From positions 925-64,924 of the forward strand of contig JACKJE010000016.1 in the NCBI GenBank assembly GCA_020638135.1: DNA of 64,000 bases, in the 5' to 3' direction. Below the pieces are notes generated by a model that was not told the DNA's origin, made no database searches, and was given only the letters and a program-made list of their open reading frames with translations. Of this stretch, positions 8,149 through 18,861 are shown piece after piece. Position numbers and translations under genes: made by a program. Numbering within the stretch: the stretch's first letter is position 1; the number at the start of each line of letters is the position of its first letter. This stretch comes from Methylobacteriaceae bacterium (GTDB taxonomy: Bacteria > Pseudomonadota > Alphaproteobacteria > Rhizobiales > Beijerinckiaceae).

Positions 8149-9303
8149 TCACCGCAACGGCCGGAAAAATTCCCGTATCTCGTGCGCCAGCGCCTCCGGC
8201 TGCTCCAGCGCGGCGAAATGCCCGCCCTTCTCCATCACGCTCCAGCGGCGGATGTCGTATTGCGCTTCGGCAAACGAACGCGGCGGCCGCATGATCTCGT
8301 TCGGAAATTCCGCATAGCCGAATGGCACGGGAATGCGGGCGTCGCGCGGGATCGGCCATTTGCTGTGGCGGCGATCGTAATAGGGCCAGAACGACGAGCC
8401 GATCGCGCCCGTCGCCCAGTAGAGCGTGATGTTGGTCAGCATGGCGTCGCGCGGGATCGCATTTTCGATCTCGCCGCCGCAATCGCTCCACGTACGGAAT
8501 TTTTCGACGATCCACGCCGCGAGGCCGGCCGGCGAATCCGTCAAACCGAACGCCAGCGTCTGCGGCTTCGTGCCCTGGATCCACTGATAGCCGCTCTCCT
8601 CCTGCATCCAATGCGACGCCACTTTGTAGTACTCGATCTGCTCCGGCGTCGGATTTGGGAAAGCGGATGGATCGCGACCGGCGATCAGCATGTTGACGTG
8701 GAAGCCGCACAGCAAGGCGGGATGCATATGCGCCAGCAGCGTCGTGATGACCGAACCCCAGTCGCCGCCCTGCGCGCAGAATTTCTGATAGCCGAGCACA
8801 TCGCGCATCAGCCGCGCGAACATGTCCGCAATACCTTCGAGGCCCACGCGTTTCTGCCCCTCACGAAACGACAGCGTGTAGCCCGGCAGCGACGGCGCGA
8901 CCACGGTGAAGGCGTCTGCGGGATCGCCGCCGAAGGACGCGGGATCGGTCAGCATGGGAATGATCGTAGCGAACTCGACGATCGAGCCCGGCCACCCGTG
9001 CGACAGCAGGAGCGGCTTCGGATTCGGTCCCTTGCCCTGCACGTGGATGAAATGGACGCCGATCCCGTCGATCTCGACCTTGAATTGCGGAAAGGCGTTG
9101 AGCTTCGCCTCCTGCGCGCGCCAGTCGAAACCGTCGCGCCAATAGGCGACGAGATCGCGCATGTAGCCGACGCTCGCGCCGAAACTCCACGGCGCCTCGG
9201 GCGCCTCGTCGGGAAAGCGCGCGCGCGAAAGCCGGGCGCGCAGATCGTCCAGCACGTCTTGCGGTACCGCTATGCGGAACGGTTCTGGCTTCGGCGCAGC
9301 CAT
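8149..9303 (-). CDS. epoxide hydrolase (microsomal EH-like, alpha/beta hydrolase with EH N-terminal domain)
   Basis: F.I.VPQ..LDDLR.RL...R.P plus DW..QE..LN.FPQF...IDG..VHFIH and HGWPGS. Start placed at MAAPKPEPF. Confidence 0.85.
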   Translation of the reverse strand: MAAPKPEPFRIAVPQDVLDDLRARLSRARFPDEAPEAPWSFGASVGYMRDLVAYWRDGFDWRAQEAKLNAFPQFKVEIDGIGVHFIHVQGKGPNPKPLLLSHGWPGSIVEFATIIPMLTDPASFGGDPADAFTVVAPSLPGYTLSFREGQKRVGLEGIADMFARLMRDVLGYQKFCAQGGDWGSVITTLLAHMHPALLCGFHVNMLIAGRDPSAFPNPTPEQIEYYKVASHWMQEESGYQWIQGTKPQTLAFGLTDSPAGLAAWIVEKFRTWSDCGGEIENAIPRDAMLTNITLYWATGAIGSSFWPYYDRRHSKWPIPRDARIPVPFGYAEFPNEIMRPPRSFAEAQYDIRRWSVMEKGGHFAALEQPEALAHEIREFFRPLR

Positions 9304-9462
9304 GCTGCGTCCTCCCTTTGGCTTGTTGGCGCATAACAGAGCCCATTGCGCCCCCCTTGCCAAGCTGTCCGACAAAATCCTCCGATGACAGGCCTTTCCG
9401 AACTTTACCAGAGCCTCGCGCTCTGCCAGTTTGCACGCAACCGAACATCAGGGAGAAACGCC

Positions 9463-10688
9463 ATGGCCAAGAACGGCCTTCGTCGCGCCGCCATCGTCTC
9501 GCCGATCCGCACGGCGGTCGGCAAGTTCCAGGGCTCGCTGTCGTCTATTCCTGCCGGCGACCTCGGCGCCGTCGTCCTCAAGGAACTGGTCAAGCGCACC
9601 AAGATCGATCCCGAGAAGATTGACGACGTCATCTACGCGCAGGGCTACGGCAATGGCGAGGCGCCGTGCATCGCGCGCTGGTCGGCGCTCGCCGCGGACC
9701 TGCCGATCACGGTGCCGGGCTATCAGCTCGACCGCCGTTGCGGCTCCGGCCTGCAGGCCGTGATCGACGCCGCCATGATGGTGCAGACGGGCGCCGCCGA
9801 TGTCGTCGTCGCGGGCGGCGTCGAGAGCATGAGCAATGTCGAATATTATTCGACCGACATGCGCAACGGCGCGCGCTCGGGCTCTGTCACCATGCACGAC
9901 CGTCTCACGCGCGGCCGCGTGATGAGCCAGCCGATCGCGCGCTTCGGCGTCATCTCCGGCATGATCGAGACAGCCGAAAATCTCGCGCGCGATTATCAGA
10001 TCAGCCGGCAGGATTGCGACGCCTATGCGGTGAAGAGCCACCAGCGCGCCACGCAGGCCTGGAAGGAAAACCGCTTCGCGGACGAGCTCGTTCCCGTCGC
10101 CGTCCCGCAGCGCAAGGGCGACCCGAAAATCTTCGCGCATGACGAAGGCTATCGCGCCGATGCGACAATGGAGACGCTCGGCGCCCTGCGCGCGATCGAA
10201 AAAGGCGGCGTGGTGACGGCGGGCAACGCCAGCCAGCAGAACGACGCTGCGGCCGCCTGCCTCGTGGTGGCGGAAGACCAGCTCGAAAAGCTCGGCCTCG
10301 AGCCGATGGGTTATTTCGTCGGCTGGGCCGCGGCCGGCTGCGATCCCGCGCGCATGGGCATCGGACCGGTGCCGGCGGTCGAGCGCCCTTTGCTCGCTCC
10401 GGGCTCAAGTGGAGCGACATCGATCTCGTCGAACTCAACGAGGCCTTCGCCTCTCAGGTGCTCGCCGTGCTCAAGGGCTGGGGCTGGACCGACGACGATT
10501 CCCGCCGCGACATTCTCAACGTCAACGGCTCCGGCATTTCGCTCGGCCACCCGATCGGAGCGACCGGCGTCCGCATCCTCGCCAATCTCATGTACGAGAT
10601 GAAGAAACGCGACGCGAAATATGGTCTGGAGACCATGTGCATCGGCGGCGGCCAGGGGATTGCGGCGGTGTTCGAGCGGGCGGCGTAA
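9463..10688 (+). pseudogene. acetyl-CoA acetyltransferase (thiolase), reading frame broken once near 10384-10392
   Basis: The N-terminal 307 residues (frame 1: MAKNGLRRAAIVSPIRTAVGKF...GIGPVPAVER) continue in frame 0 as ...ARSGLKWSDIDLVELNEAFASQVL...NVNGSGISLGHPIGATG...CIGGGQG. The junction lies in a CCCTTT run. Confidence 0.85.
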
Positions 10689-10702
10689 GGAGCCCGCGCG
10701 CC

Positions 10703-10812
10703 CTCGTGCTTCGAGACGCGGTCCTTTGGACCGCTCCTCAGCATGAGGGCTAATGTTGCAACCCTGAACCCTCATGGTGAGGAGGCCGCGCAGCGGCCGT
10801 CTCGAACCATGG
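10703..10812. repeat. inverted pair of family-1 structured repeat units
   Basis: Units ~10705-10749 (reverse orientation) and 10769-10812 (forward) carry the family-1 flanks with different inner hairpins. Confidence 0.85.
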
Positions 10813-10839
10813 CCGCAAGCAGGAACGCCGACGCGGCCC

Positions 10840-11460
10840 CTACTCCGCCTCCCCCGCAAACTGCGGAAAATACTTTTTCAGCGTCGGCCCGCCGGCGCGC
10901 CACGACCAGCAGCCGTCGACAAAATACGGCTTTTGCGCGCGCGTGTTTTTCGTCTCCGCGCCCATGTTCGCGATGTCGCGATAGGACATGGACTGGAACA
11001 GCGTCGTGATCGCCGGCCCGATCAGCTCCGTCAGATGCGTGCAGGACGCGCGCTTCTCGAGCCGCGCGCGCACCGCCGCGCGCCAGCCACCGCCGAGCTT
11101 CAGCCCAACCAGCGCTTCCATGCGCGGCGGCACGTCGTTGCAGGTGACGTAGGGGACGTCGTCCATCGCGGCGGCAGCTTCGACGATGACGAGATGATCG
11201 TCGACCGTCAGGCGGATCGACATCTTGTGCACGGGGTCGCCCGGCTGGCGCGAACCGCGTTCGAAATCCTCATGTGCGAATGGCTTGGTGTCGAGCAGCG
11301 CGGCCTCGACCTCCCATAACCCATCGTCGCGCAAGAAACCTTCGCATTGCACGGTGCGGCTGTGGACGTGGCGACGGGCGGCGGGGGGCGGCAGCGGCAT
11401 GGAGCCTCGCGGGAGATGCAGGATTTGGTCCTGCATCGCGCGTCGGGCGACCGAGGTCAA
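10840..11460 (-). CDS. DUF2889 family protein
   Basis: 206 aa. HSRTVQCEGFLRDDGLWEVEA.L.D.K...H.M.IRLTVD and CTHLTEL resemble DUF2889 members as I remember them. Confidence 0.6.
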   Translation of the reverse strand: MTSVARRAMQDQILHLPRGSMPLPPPAARRHVHSRTVQCEGFLRDDGLWEVEAALLDTKPFAHEDFERGSRQPGDPVHKMSIRLTVDDHLVIVEAAAAMDDVPYVTCNDVPPRMEALVGLKLGGGWRAAVRARLEKRASCTHLTELIGPAITTLFQSMSYRDIANMGAETKNTRAQKPYFVDGCWSWRAGGPTLKKYFPQFAGEAE

Positions 11461-11465
11461 ACCAT

Positions 11466-12932
11466 TCAGTACTTGATCGTAGTGCGCAGGCCCGCCACGG
11501 CGGCGTTGCCGACGCGGCGCAGACCGAACGGATCGCGCGGATCGGGTACGCCGCCGGCCGGCCGGATCACATATTGGAAGTTCGGCTGCAGCGTCCAGCC
11601 ATCGACCACTTTGTAGAGATAGGTCGCCTCGAGCGTCGTCTCGGACGAGCGAACCGGACCGGGTACGCCGTTGAAGAAATTCGTGTCGAAATCGAGCCCG
11701 CGCGCTCCGTCCGATATCCGCGCATAGCCGACCGCGACGCCGAAGGAATCGTCGGGCCGTCCGGGAATCACGCCGGTGAAGTTGACGCCGCCATCCATGT
11801 AGAAGCCGACGAGATTGCGATCAGACGGGCTGACCGAGGCGCGCAGGAAGACGCCGACGCCCTTGTCCGCCTCGCCGCTCGGCAGCTTGTAGATCTGCTG
11901 GTCGAGCACGCCGTAAATCCCGCGATTGCCACGACGGTTGATGGCGACGCCGACGCCGGCAGGATCGGCCAGCGACAGGCCGTCGACGCCGAAGCGCTGA
12001 TCGGCGAAGCGGCCGAAATGCGTCCATCCGCCGAGTTTCGCCATCCCCGCAAGGCCGGCGATCTCGTATTTTCCTTGCGCTTCCGCGATCACGAAGGGGC
12101 GATCGCGCAGGCGGAACTTCACGCCATTGTTGTTGCGCGCCTGTGGATTGGGATTGTTGAACGGCGTCGCCGGTCCCGCCGGATCGCCGTTGAACACCGC
12201 CGCCAGCAGCGCGAGATTGCCGGTCGGTTCGATTTTGACGCGCACGCCCGGCGTCGCCAGCGGATAGGCGGGACCGCCGCTCGGCAGGTTCGCCGCCGTG
12301 ATCGTCGGCCAGCCGAAAGTGCCGTTGATGAACAGCCCGCCCCAGGACGTCGTGATGAATTCCTGGTCGGCGGCGAGCTGACCGAAGCGCACGCTCGCTG
12401 CGCCCGCGAGGAACTCCTGCTGCAGCCAGGCCTCGAACAGGCGGGTCGCATGCGTCGCCTCGATATTGCTGATCGGCATGAGATTGCCGATGTTGAATGT
12501 CGACACGCCGCGTCCATGAATCTGGAAGGCGTTGACGTGCATCGTCAGACCGGAAATGCCGGTTATCTTGTCGAGCTGGCCGTCGAGCGTCATCTCGAGA
12601 CGACCTTCGTAAATCGCGCCGGTGCGCGTCGCTCCGCCGCTCAGATTGGCGAGCCCTTCGCCGATATAGGTAAGGCCGATCTGGAAACCGAGATCGGCGA
12701 GCGCCTTGCGCAGACCGAACAAGCCGCCGACCGCCGGCGGCAGGCTGGTGGCGATGGACGGCGAGGGAATGCCGTCCGGCGCGATCAGCGGCTTCGGCGC
12801 CTGGGGCGCGGGCGCCGCGGCTTCCATCTTCGGCGCCGCGCCCGTGTCGGCGGCGCGCCCGACGTCGGGCAGGCAAATCGCGCCCGCCGCAACGAGGGCG
12901 GCGCAGGCGCGAAGGAAAGTCGGCTTTCTCAT
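11466..12932 (-). CDS. carbohydrate-selective porin, OprB family
   Basis: Signal peptide MRKPTFLRACAALVAAGAICL. Beta-barrel-like alternating pattern and a C-terminal ...TLQPNFQYVIRPAGG...RTTIKY ending in an aromatic residue. Confidence 0.8.
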   Translation of the reverse strand: MRKPTFLRACAALVAAGAICLPDVGRAADTGAAPKMEAAAPAPQAPKPLIAPDGIPSPSIATSLPPAVGGLFGLRKALADLGFQIGLTYIGEGLANLSGGATRTGAIYEGRLEMTLDGQLDKITGISGLTMHVNAFQIHGRGVSTFNIGNLMPISNIEATHATRLFEAWLQQEFLAGAASVRFGQLAADQEFITTSWGGLFINGTFGWPTITAANLPSGGPAYPLATPGVRVKIEPTGNLALLAAVFNGDPAGPATPFNNPNPQARNNNGVKFRLRDRPFVIAEAQGKYEIAGLAGMAKLGGWTHFGRFADQRFGVDGLSLADPAGVGVAINRRGNRGIYGVLDQQIYKLPSGEADKGVGVFLRASVSPSDRNLVGFYMDGGVNFTGVIPGRPDDSFGVAVGYARISDGARGLDFDTNFFNGVPGPVRSSETTLEATYLYKVVDGWTLQPNFQYVIRPAGGVPDPRDPFGLRRVGNAAVAGLRTTIKY

Positions 12933-13065
12933 CTGGATGGTCCAAGACTGGAGTCGATCGAACAGATCGGGCGCAGCTATCCATCCGCTACTGCGGCCGG
13001 CCAAGTCAACGGCATCGCCCGATTATGGAATCGCTCGAATATCCGCGCGTCTTGCACGCACTCGG

Positions 13066-13557
13066 TCAGGCGCGGCTGGCGGAGGCTTTCAGCTCGGCCA
13101 GATTGCCCATAAGCGCCTCGATCGTTTCCGGCCCGACATTGTCGAACAACGACAGCACCAGTCGCTCGTTCTCTTTCGCATAGACCGCGAATTTCGATCT
13201 CCCCGCTTTCGACAGCCGCACGATGAAGGCGCGCCGGTCCTGCGGATCGGCCGCGCGCAGGACGAGGCCTTCCTGAACCAGCCGCTCGACGAGGCCGGTA
13301 AGATTGCCGTTCGTCACCATCATCCGTTTCGACAATTCGCCGAGCCGCAGGCCCTTCGGCTCGCGGTCGAGCTGCGCCATCAGGTCGAAAGCCGGCAGGG
13401 TGACGTCGAATTTTTCGCGCAGGCGCCGCCTGATCTGCGCACTGACGATGTTCGTGGTCGACAGCAGCCGCAGCCACAGGCGCAGCTCCGCCTTGCCGCC
13501 GCGCGCGACGGCCTCGAGATCGGCCGGCGCCTCGGCCAGCGCTGCTGAATCGCTCAT
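13066..13557 (-). CDS. MarR family transcriptional regulator
   Basis: Winged-helix pattern LT.P.FD.MAQL....GLRLGELS.RMMVT.GN.T.LV.RL...GLV.R..DP.DRR. Divergent from the hydroxylase operon. Confidence 0.85.
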   Translation of the reverse strand: MSDSAALAEAPADLEAVARGGKAELRLWLRLLSTTNIVSAQIRRRLREKFDVTLPAFDLMAQLDREPKGLRLGELSKRMMVTNGNLTGLVERLVQEGLVLRAADPQDRRAFIVRLSKAGRSKFAVYAKENERLVLSLFDNVGPETIEALMGNLAELKASASRA

Positions 13558-13585
13558 CGCTCCCTTGGACCACGTCCCAATTCGC

Positions 13586-13630
13586 TTGACAATCAATTTT
13601 AGGCTTCGATATTTTATATTTCAAATAATA
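13586..13630 (+). promoter_or_regulatory. putative sigma70-like promoter and MarR operator in an AT-rich island
   Basis: TTGACA at 13586-13591, then GATATT/ATATTT 16-17 nt downstream. Palindrome TATTTCAAATA at about 13617-13627. This is the only AT-rich stretch in the 92-bp divergent intergenic region. Confidence 0.35.
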
Positions 13631-13649
13631 AGACCGAGGGGAGCGAACC

Positions 13650-15950
13650 ATGCGGATCGTTTGCATCGGAGGAGGACCGGCGGGTCTCTATTTCGGCCTG
13701 CTGATGAAGAAGCTGCGGCCCGAGCATTCCGTCACGGTGATCGAGCGCAATCGCGCCTACGATACGTTCGGCTGGGGCGTGGTCTTCTCCGACCTCACCC
13801 TCGATTCGATGCGCGCATGGGACGCCGAGACGGCGGCCGAGATCGAAGTCTCCTTCAATCATTGGGACGACATCGAGCTTCTCTTCAAGGGAACCCGCCA
13901 GCGCACGACCGGCCACGGCTTCGTCGGCATCGGCCGCAAGAAGCTGCTCAACATATTGCAGGCTCGCTGCGAGGCGCTCGGCGTTCAACTCGTCTTCGAG
14001 CGGGACGTCGGCTCCGATCTCGAATTCCCCGATGCCGATCTCGTCATCGCTTCGGATGGCGTCAACTCGAAGATCCGCGACCGCTATGCGGACATTTTCA
14101 AGCCCGACCTGCAGGTGCGGCCCAACCGCTACATATGGTTCGGCACGACAAAACTCTACGACGCCTTCACCTTCGATTTCCGCCGCACCGCGCACGGCTG
14201 GTTCCAGGCGCACATCTATCGCTTCGACGACACGACCTCGACCTTCATTGTCGAGACGACGGAAGAAACGTTTCTGGCGCACGGGCTCGACAAGGCCGAT
14301 CAGGCCGAATGCATCGCCTTCTGCGAAAACCTTTTCGCCGAGGTTCTCGGCCGCGCGCCGCTGATGACCAATGCGCGTCACTTGCGCGGCTCGGCCTGGC
14401 TCAATTTCAACCGGCTGATCTGCGAGCGCTGGAGCCATTTCAACGGCCAGAGCCATGTCGTTCTGATGGGCGACGCCGCCCATACCGCGCATTTCGCGAT
14501 TGGCTCCGGCACCAAGCTCGCCATCGACGACGGCATCGAACTCGCCCGCCAGTTCGAACGCATCGGCCACGATGTCGGCAGCATTCCCGCCGTGCTAAAA
14601 GCCTACGAGGAAATCCGCCGCGTCGATGTGGCGCGCATCCAGAACGCCGCCCGTAACGCCATGGAATGGTTCGAGGTCGTCGGATTTCGATACGCCGACG
14701 CACTCGATCCCGAGCAGTTCATGTATTCCATGCTGACGCGTTCGCAGCGCATCAGCCACGAGAACCTGCGCCTGCGCGACCGTGCATGGCTCGAAGGTTT
14801 CGAGCACGATTTCGCGATCAAGGCGCATGCCGCCAACGATTCCCTGCCGCCGGCGCTCACCCCTTTTCGGGCGCGAGGCGTCACGCTTTCAAATCGCATC
14901 ATCGTCTCGCCCATGGCCATGTATTCGGCTGTCGATGGTCTGCCGAACGACTTCCATCTCGTGCATCTCGGCGCGCGCGCGCTCGGCGGCGCGGCGTTGG
15001 TCTTCGGCGAAATGACCTGCGTTTCGCCCGACGGCCGCATCACGCCCGGCTGCCTCGGTCTGTGGAACGACGAACAGGCCGCGCAATGGAAGCGCATCGT
15101 CGATTTCGTACATCGCGAGACGCCGGCCAAGTTCGGCATCCAGCTCGGCCATGCCGGCCGCAAGGGCGCGACGCGCGTCGCCTGGGAGGGCATGGACGAG
15201 CCGCTGGCGTCGGGCGGCTGGCCGCTCGTCTCCGCCTCCGCCCTGCCCTATCTCGCGCACAGCCAGACACCGAAGGCGATGGACCGCGCCGACATGGATC
15301 GCGTGCGAGACGATTTCATCGCCGCCACGAAACGCGCCGCCGCGACCGGCGCCGACTGGCTGGAGCTGCATTGCGCACACGGCTATCTGCTGTCGAGCTT
15401 CTTGTCGCCGCTGACCAACAGGCGCACCGACGAATATGGTGGCGACCACGCGAGCCGCGCGAGATTCCCGCTCGAAGTATTCTGCGCCATGCGTGAAAAC
15501 TGGCCGGCCGGCCAGCCGATGTCTGTGCGCCTCTCGTGCACGGATTGGAACGCCGCCGGCAACACGCCGGAAGACGCCGCCATCTTCGCTGCGCTATTCA
15601 AGGCCGCAGGCGCCGACGTCATCGACTGTTCGGCGGGACAGGTGACGAAGGACGAGAGCCCCGTCTACGGCCGCATGTTCCAGACACCCTTCTCCGACAA
15701 GATCCGCAATGAGGTCGGCGTCGCCACGATCGCCGTCGGCGCGATCACTGAACTCGACCAGGCCAATTCCATCATCGCCGCCGGCCGCGCAGATCTCTGC
15801 GCAGTGGCGCGGCCGCATCTCGCCGACCCCGCCTGGCTGCTGCACGAGGCGGCAAAGCTCGGCGTCGCCGGTCTCGTCTGGCCGAAGCAATATCTCTCGG
15901 GCAAGATGCAGTTCGAGGCAGGACTGCAACGCGCCGCAAACGCGACATAG
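13650..15950 (+). CDS. bifunctional aromatic acyl-CoA hydroxylase/reductase (2-aminobenzoyl-CoA monooxygenase/reductase or salicylyl-CoA 5-hydroxylase type)
   Basis: 766 aa. N-terminal FAD monooxygenase ([30 protein letters not shown]) fused to a C-terminal Old-Yellow-Enzyme-like FMN domain ([26 protein letters not shown]). Confidence 0.85.
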   Translation: MRIVCIGGGPAGLYFGLLMKKLRPEHSVTVIERNRAYDTFGWGVVFSDLTLDSMRAWDAETAAEIEVSFNHWDDIELLFKGTRQRTTGHGFVGIGRKKLLNILQARCEALGVQLVFERDVGSDLEFPDADLVIASDGVNSKIRDRYADIFKPDLQVRPNRYIWFGTTKLYDAFTFDFRRTAHGWFQAHIYRFDDTTSTFIVETTEETFLAHGLDKADQAECIAFCENLFAEVLGRAPLMTNARHLRGSAWLNFNRLICERWSHFNGQSHVVLMGDAAHTAHFAIGSGTKLAIDDGIELARQFERIGHDVGSIPAVLKAYEEIRRVDVARIQNAARNAMEWFEVVGFRYADALDPEQFMYSMLTRSQRISHENLRLRDRAWLEGFEHDFAIKAHAANDSLPPALTPFRARGVTLSNRIIVSPMAMYSAVDGLPNDFHLVHLGARALGGAALVFGEMTCVSPDGRITPGCLGLWNDEQAAQWKRIVDFVHRETPAKFGIQLGHAGRKGATRVAWEGMDEPLASGGWPLVSASALPYLAHSQTPKAMDRADMDRVRDDFIAATKRAAATGADWLELHCAHGYLLSSFLSPLTNRRTDEYGGDHASRARFPLEVFCAMRENWPAGQPMSVRLSCTDWNAAGNTPEDAAIFAALFKAAGADVIDCSAGQVTKDESPVYGRMFQTPFSDKIRNEVGVATIAVGAITELDQANSIIAAGRADLCAVARPHLADPAWLLHEAAKLGVAGLVWPKQYLSGKMQFEAGLQRAANAT

Positions 15951-15959
15951 CGGGGGCAG

Positions 15960-16748
15960 ATGAGCGCGACCGAATTTGCAGGGCGTCACGTCCTCGTGAC
16001 GGGCGCGGGCTCCGGGATCGGAGCGGCCATCGCACAGGCCTTTGCGGAACGTGGCGCGCGCGTCTCGCTCGCCGGCCGCCGCCGCGCGCCGCTGCAAGAT
16101 GTTGCGCGCGCGCTGCCTCCCGGCGCATCGCTCGTGCTCGCCGATTTCGACGTCACGAAGGCCGCCGCCATCGCCAATGGGCTCAACATTGCACGTGAAA
16201 AATTCGGCGCCGTCGACATTCTCGTCAACAATGCTGGCGACGCGCCGAGCGCGCCCTTCGAGAAAATCGACGAAGCCATGTGGTCGCATACGATCGGCGT
16301 CGATCTCACCGGCGTCTTTCTGGTGACGCAGGCCGTGCTGCCCGATCTGCGCAAACGTGGCGCCGGCGCCCGCATCGTCAACATCGCCTCGACCGCGGGA
16401 CTCAAGGGCTATGCCTATGTCGCCGCCTATTGCGCGGCCAAGCACGGCGTCATCGGTCTCACGCGCGCGCTCGCACTCGAACTGGCGCGCGCCGGCATTA
16501 CCGTCAACGCCATCTGTCCGGGCTTTGCCGATACGCCGCTCGTTCAGCGCTCGGTTGACGCGATCGTCGCCAAGACCGGCCGCACGGCGGACGAAGCGCG
16601 GCGCGAACTGGCGAAAAACAATCCGCAGGGTCGGCTCATCGATCCCAAGGAAGTGGCGGCGGCGACGCTGTGGCTCGCGTCGTCAGCCGCGCATTCCATC
16701 ACCGGCCAGGCGCTGCCGATCGCCGGCGGCGAAGTGATGGCCGGCTGA
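15960..16748 (+). CDS. SDR family oxidoreductase
   Basis: VLVTGAGSGIGAAIA glycine motif, NNAG, and the YCAAK catalytic Y-x3-K. 262 aa. Confidence 0.9.
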   Translation: MSATEFAGRHVLVTGAGSGIGAAIAQAFAERGARVSLAGRRRAPLQDVARALPPGASLVLADFDVTKAAAIANGLNIAREKFGAVDILVNNAGDAPSAPFEKIDEAMWSHTIGVDLTGVFLVTQAVLPDLRKRGAGARIVNIASTAGLKGYAYVAAYCAAKHGVIGLTRALALELARAGITVNAICPGFADTPLVQRSVDAIVAKTGRTADEARRELAKNNPQGRLIDPKEVAAATLWLASSAAHSITGQALPIAGGEVMAG

Positions 16749-16772
16749 AACGCAGGAAGATCGGAGGACGCC

Positions 16773-18434
16773 ATGTCCGCAGGCGACACGCGACGGGGAG
16801 GAAGGCTCGGACCGAGCGGCCATGTCGACACATTCGCGCGCGACAACCTCCCGCCGCGCGAACAATGGCCGGACTTTCTGCTCGACCGTCCCGAGTTTCA
16901 ATATCCCGACTGGCTGAACGCCGGCGTGGAGCTGAGCGATCGTCTCGTCGAACAGGGCTTTGGCGATCACATCGCGCTGATCGGCAACGGCCGCGTGCGC
17001 ACCTACAAGGAACTGTCCGACTGGACCAACCGCCTCGCCCATGCGCTGGTCGAGGATTTCGGCGTCAGGCCGGGCAATCGCGTGCTCGTACGCTCCGGCA
17101 ACAATCCCGCAATGGTCGCCGCCTGGCTCGCCGCGACCAAGGCCGGCGCTGTCGTCGTCAACACCATGCCGATGCTGCGCGCCGGCGAACTCACGCAGAT
17201 CATCGACAAGGCGCAAGTCTCGCTCGCGCTTTGCGACAGCAGGCTTGCGGAAGAACTCGAGACGGCGGCTGCGACCAGCGCCGTCCTGAAACGCATCGTG
17301 CATTTCGACGGCACCGCCAATCACGAGGCGGAGCTCGATCGCGCCGCGCTCCACAAGTCGACGCGCTTCGAGGCGGTGAAGACCGGCCGCGACGACGTCG
17401 CGCTGCTCGCCTTCACCTCCGGCACGACCGGCAAGCCCAAGGCGACGATGCATTTTCATCGCGACATCCTGCTGATGGCCGATGGCTATGCGCGCGAAGT
17501 GCTGAAGATCGAACCAAAAGACGTGATCGTCGGCTCGCCGCCGCTCGCCTTCACTTTCGGCCTCGGCGGGCTCGCGGTGTTTCCGTTGCGCGTCGGCGCG
17601 ACCGCGACGCTGATCGAGACCGCGACGCCGCCCAATCTCGTCAAATATATCGACGCCTATCGCGCGACCATCGTCTTCACTGCGCCGACAGCCTATCGCG
17701 TGCTGCTCGGCGCCTTGAAGGACGGCGCGGATTTTTCCTCGCTGCGGCTCGCCGTCTCCGCCGGCGAGACCCTGCCCAAGCCCGTCTACGACGACTGGAT
17801 CGCCAAGACCGGCGTGGAAATTCTCGACTCCATGGGTTCTACCGAGATGATCCATGTCTTTATTACGAGCCGCATCGGCCAGTCGCAGGGCGGCGTGACG
17901 GGGCGGCCCGTCACCGGCTATGACGCGCGCATTGTCGACGACGACATGAACGATGTTCCCGCCAACACGCCGGGACGTCTGGCGGTGCGCGGCCCCACGG
18001 GCTGCCGCTATCTCGCCGACGAGCGCCAGTCGAACTACGTGCGCGACGGCTGGAATCTCACGGGCGACACCTTCACCTGCGACGAGAACGGGCTGTTCCG
18101 CTTTGTCGCCCGCGCCGACGACATGATCATCTCGTCGGGCTACAACATCGCGGGCCCCGAGGTCGAAGCCGCGCTGCTCGCCCATCCCGCCGTCGCCGAA
18201 TGCGGCGTCGTCGGCGCGCCCGACGAGGAGCGCGGCGAAATTGTCGCCGCCTATGTCGTGCTGGCGTCCGGGCAATCGCCATCGCCCGTACTCGCGAGCG
18301 CGCTGCAGGATCACGTCAAGGCGACGCTCGCGCCCTACAAATATCCGCGCGTCGTTCATTTCGTCGACGCGCTGCCCAAGACGTCGACCGGAAAGATTCA
18401 ACGCTTCGTGCTGAGAGCCGAAGCACGCCAATAG
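16773..18434 (+). CDS. AMP-dependent aromatic acid-CoA ligase (benzoate/2-aminobenzoate-CoA ligase family)
   Basis: FTSGTTGKPKATMH AMP-binding motif. N-terminal FARDNLPPREQWPDF is typical of anthranilate/benzoate-CoA ligases. C-terminal LPKTSTGKIQRF. Confidence 0.85.
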   Translation: MSAGDTRRGGRLGPSGHVDTFARDNLPPREQWPDFLLDRPEFQYPDWLNAGVELSDRLVEQGFGDHIALIGNGRVRTYKELSDWTNRLAHALVEDFGVRPGNRVLVRSGNNPAMVAAWLAATKAGAVVVNTMPMLRAGELTQIIDKAQVSLALCDSRLAEELETAAATSAVLKRIVHFDGTANHEAELDRAALHKSTRFEAVKTGRDDVALLAFTSGTTGKPKATMHFHRDILLMADGYAREVLKIEPKDVIVGSPPLAFTFGLGGLAVFPLRVGATATLIETATPPNLVKYIDAYRATIVFTAPTAYRVLLGALKDGADFSSLRLAVSAGETLPKPVYDDWIAKTGVEILDSMGSTEMIHVFITSRIGQSQGGVTGRPVTGYDARIVDDDMNDVPANTPGRLAVRGPTGCRYLADERQSNYVRDGWNLTGDTFTCDENGLFRFVARADDMIISSGYNIAGPEVEAALLAHPAVAECGVVGAPDEERGEIVAAYVVLASGQSPSPVLASALQDHVKATLAPYKYPRVVHFVDALPKTSTGKIQRFVLRAEARQ

Positions 18435-18442
18435 GAGGTCTC

Positions 18443-18835
18443 ATGCACAAGATCGTTCAGCCCGAAGGCTGGCCGCGCCCCAAAGGCTACGCCAATGGCG
18501 TGCTCGCGCAGGGCAGGATGCTGTTCGTCGCCGGCCAGGTCGGCTGGAACGAGAAGGAGCTGTTCGACAGCGACGATTTCGTCGCGCAGACCGAACAGGC
18601 CTTGAAGAACATCGTCGCGATTCTCGCGGCCGGCGGCGGCAGGCCCGAGCACATTGCGCGCATGACCTGGTATGTGACGGACAAGCAGGACTATCTCGGT
18701 CGCCTCGCCGAGATCGGCGCGGTCTACCGCAAGGTGATAGGCCCGGTCTACCCCGCCATGTCGCTGGTGCAGGTGGCGGGCCTCGTCGAACACGGCGCCA
18801 AGCTGGAAATCGAGGCGACCGCCGTCATACCCTGA
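18443..18835 (+). CDS. RidA family enamine/imine deaminase-like protein
   Basis: 130 aa. PKGYANGV...LFVAGQVG...Q....L.NI..IL.A.G.....I.....Y.......KLEIEATAV. AGGAGG Shine-Dalgarno sequence 4 nt upstream. Confidence 0.85.
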   Translation: MHKIVQPEGWPRPKGYANGVLAQGRMLFVAGQVGWNEKELFDSDDFVAQTEQALKNIVAILAAGGGRPEHIARMTWYVTDKQDYLGRLAEIGAVYRKVIGPVYPAMSLVQVAGLVEHGAKLEIEATAVIP

Positions 18836-18861
18836 AGAGGAACAACAGGCGGGATTCGATC

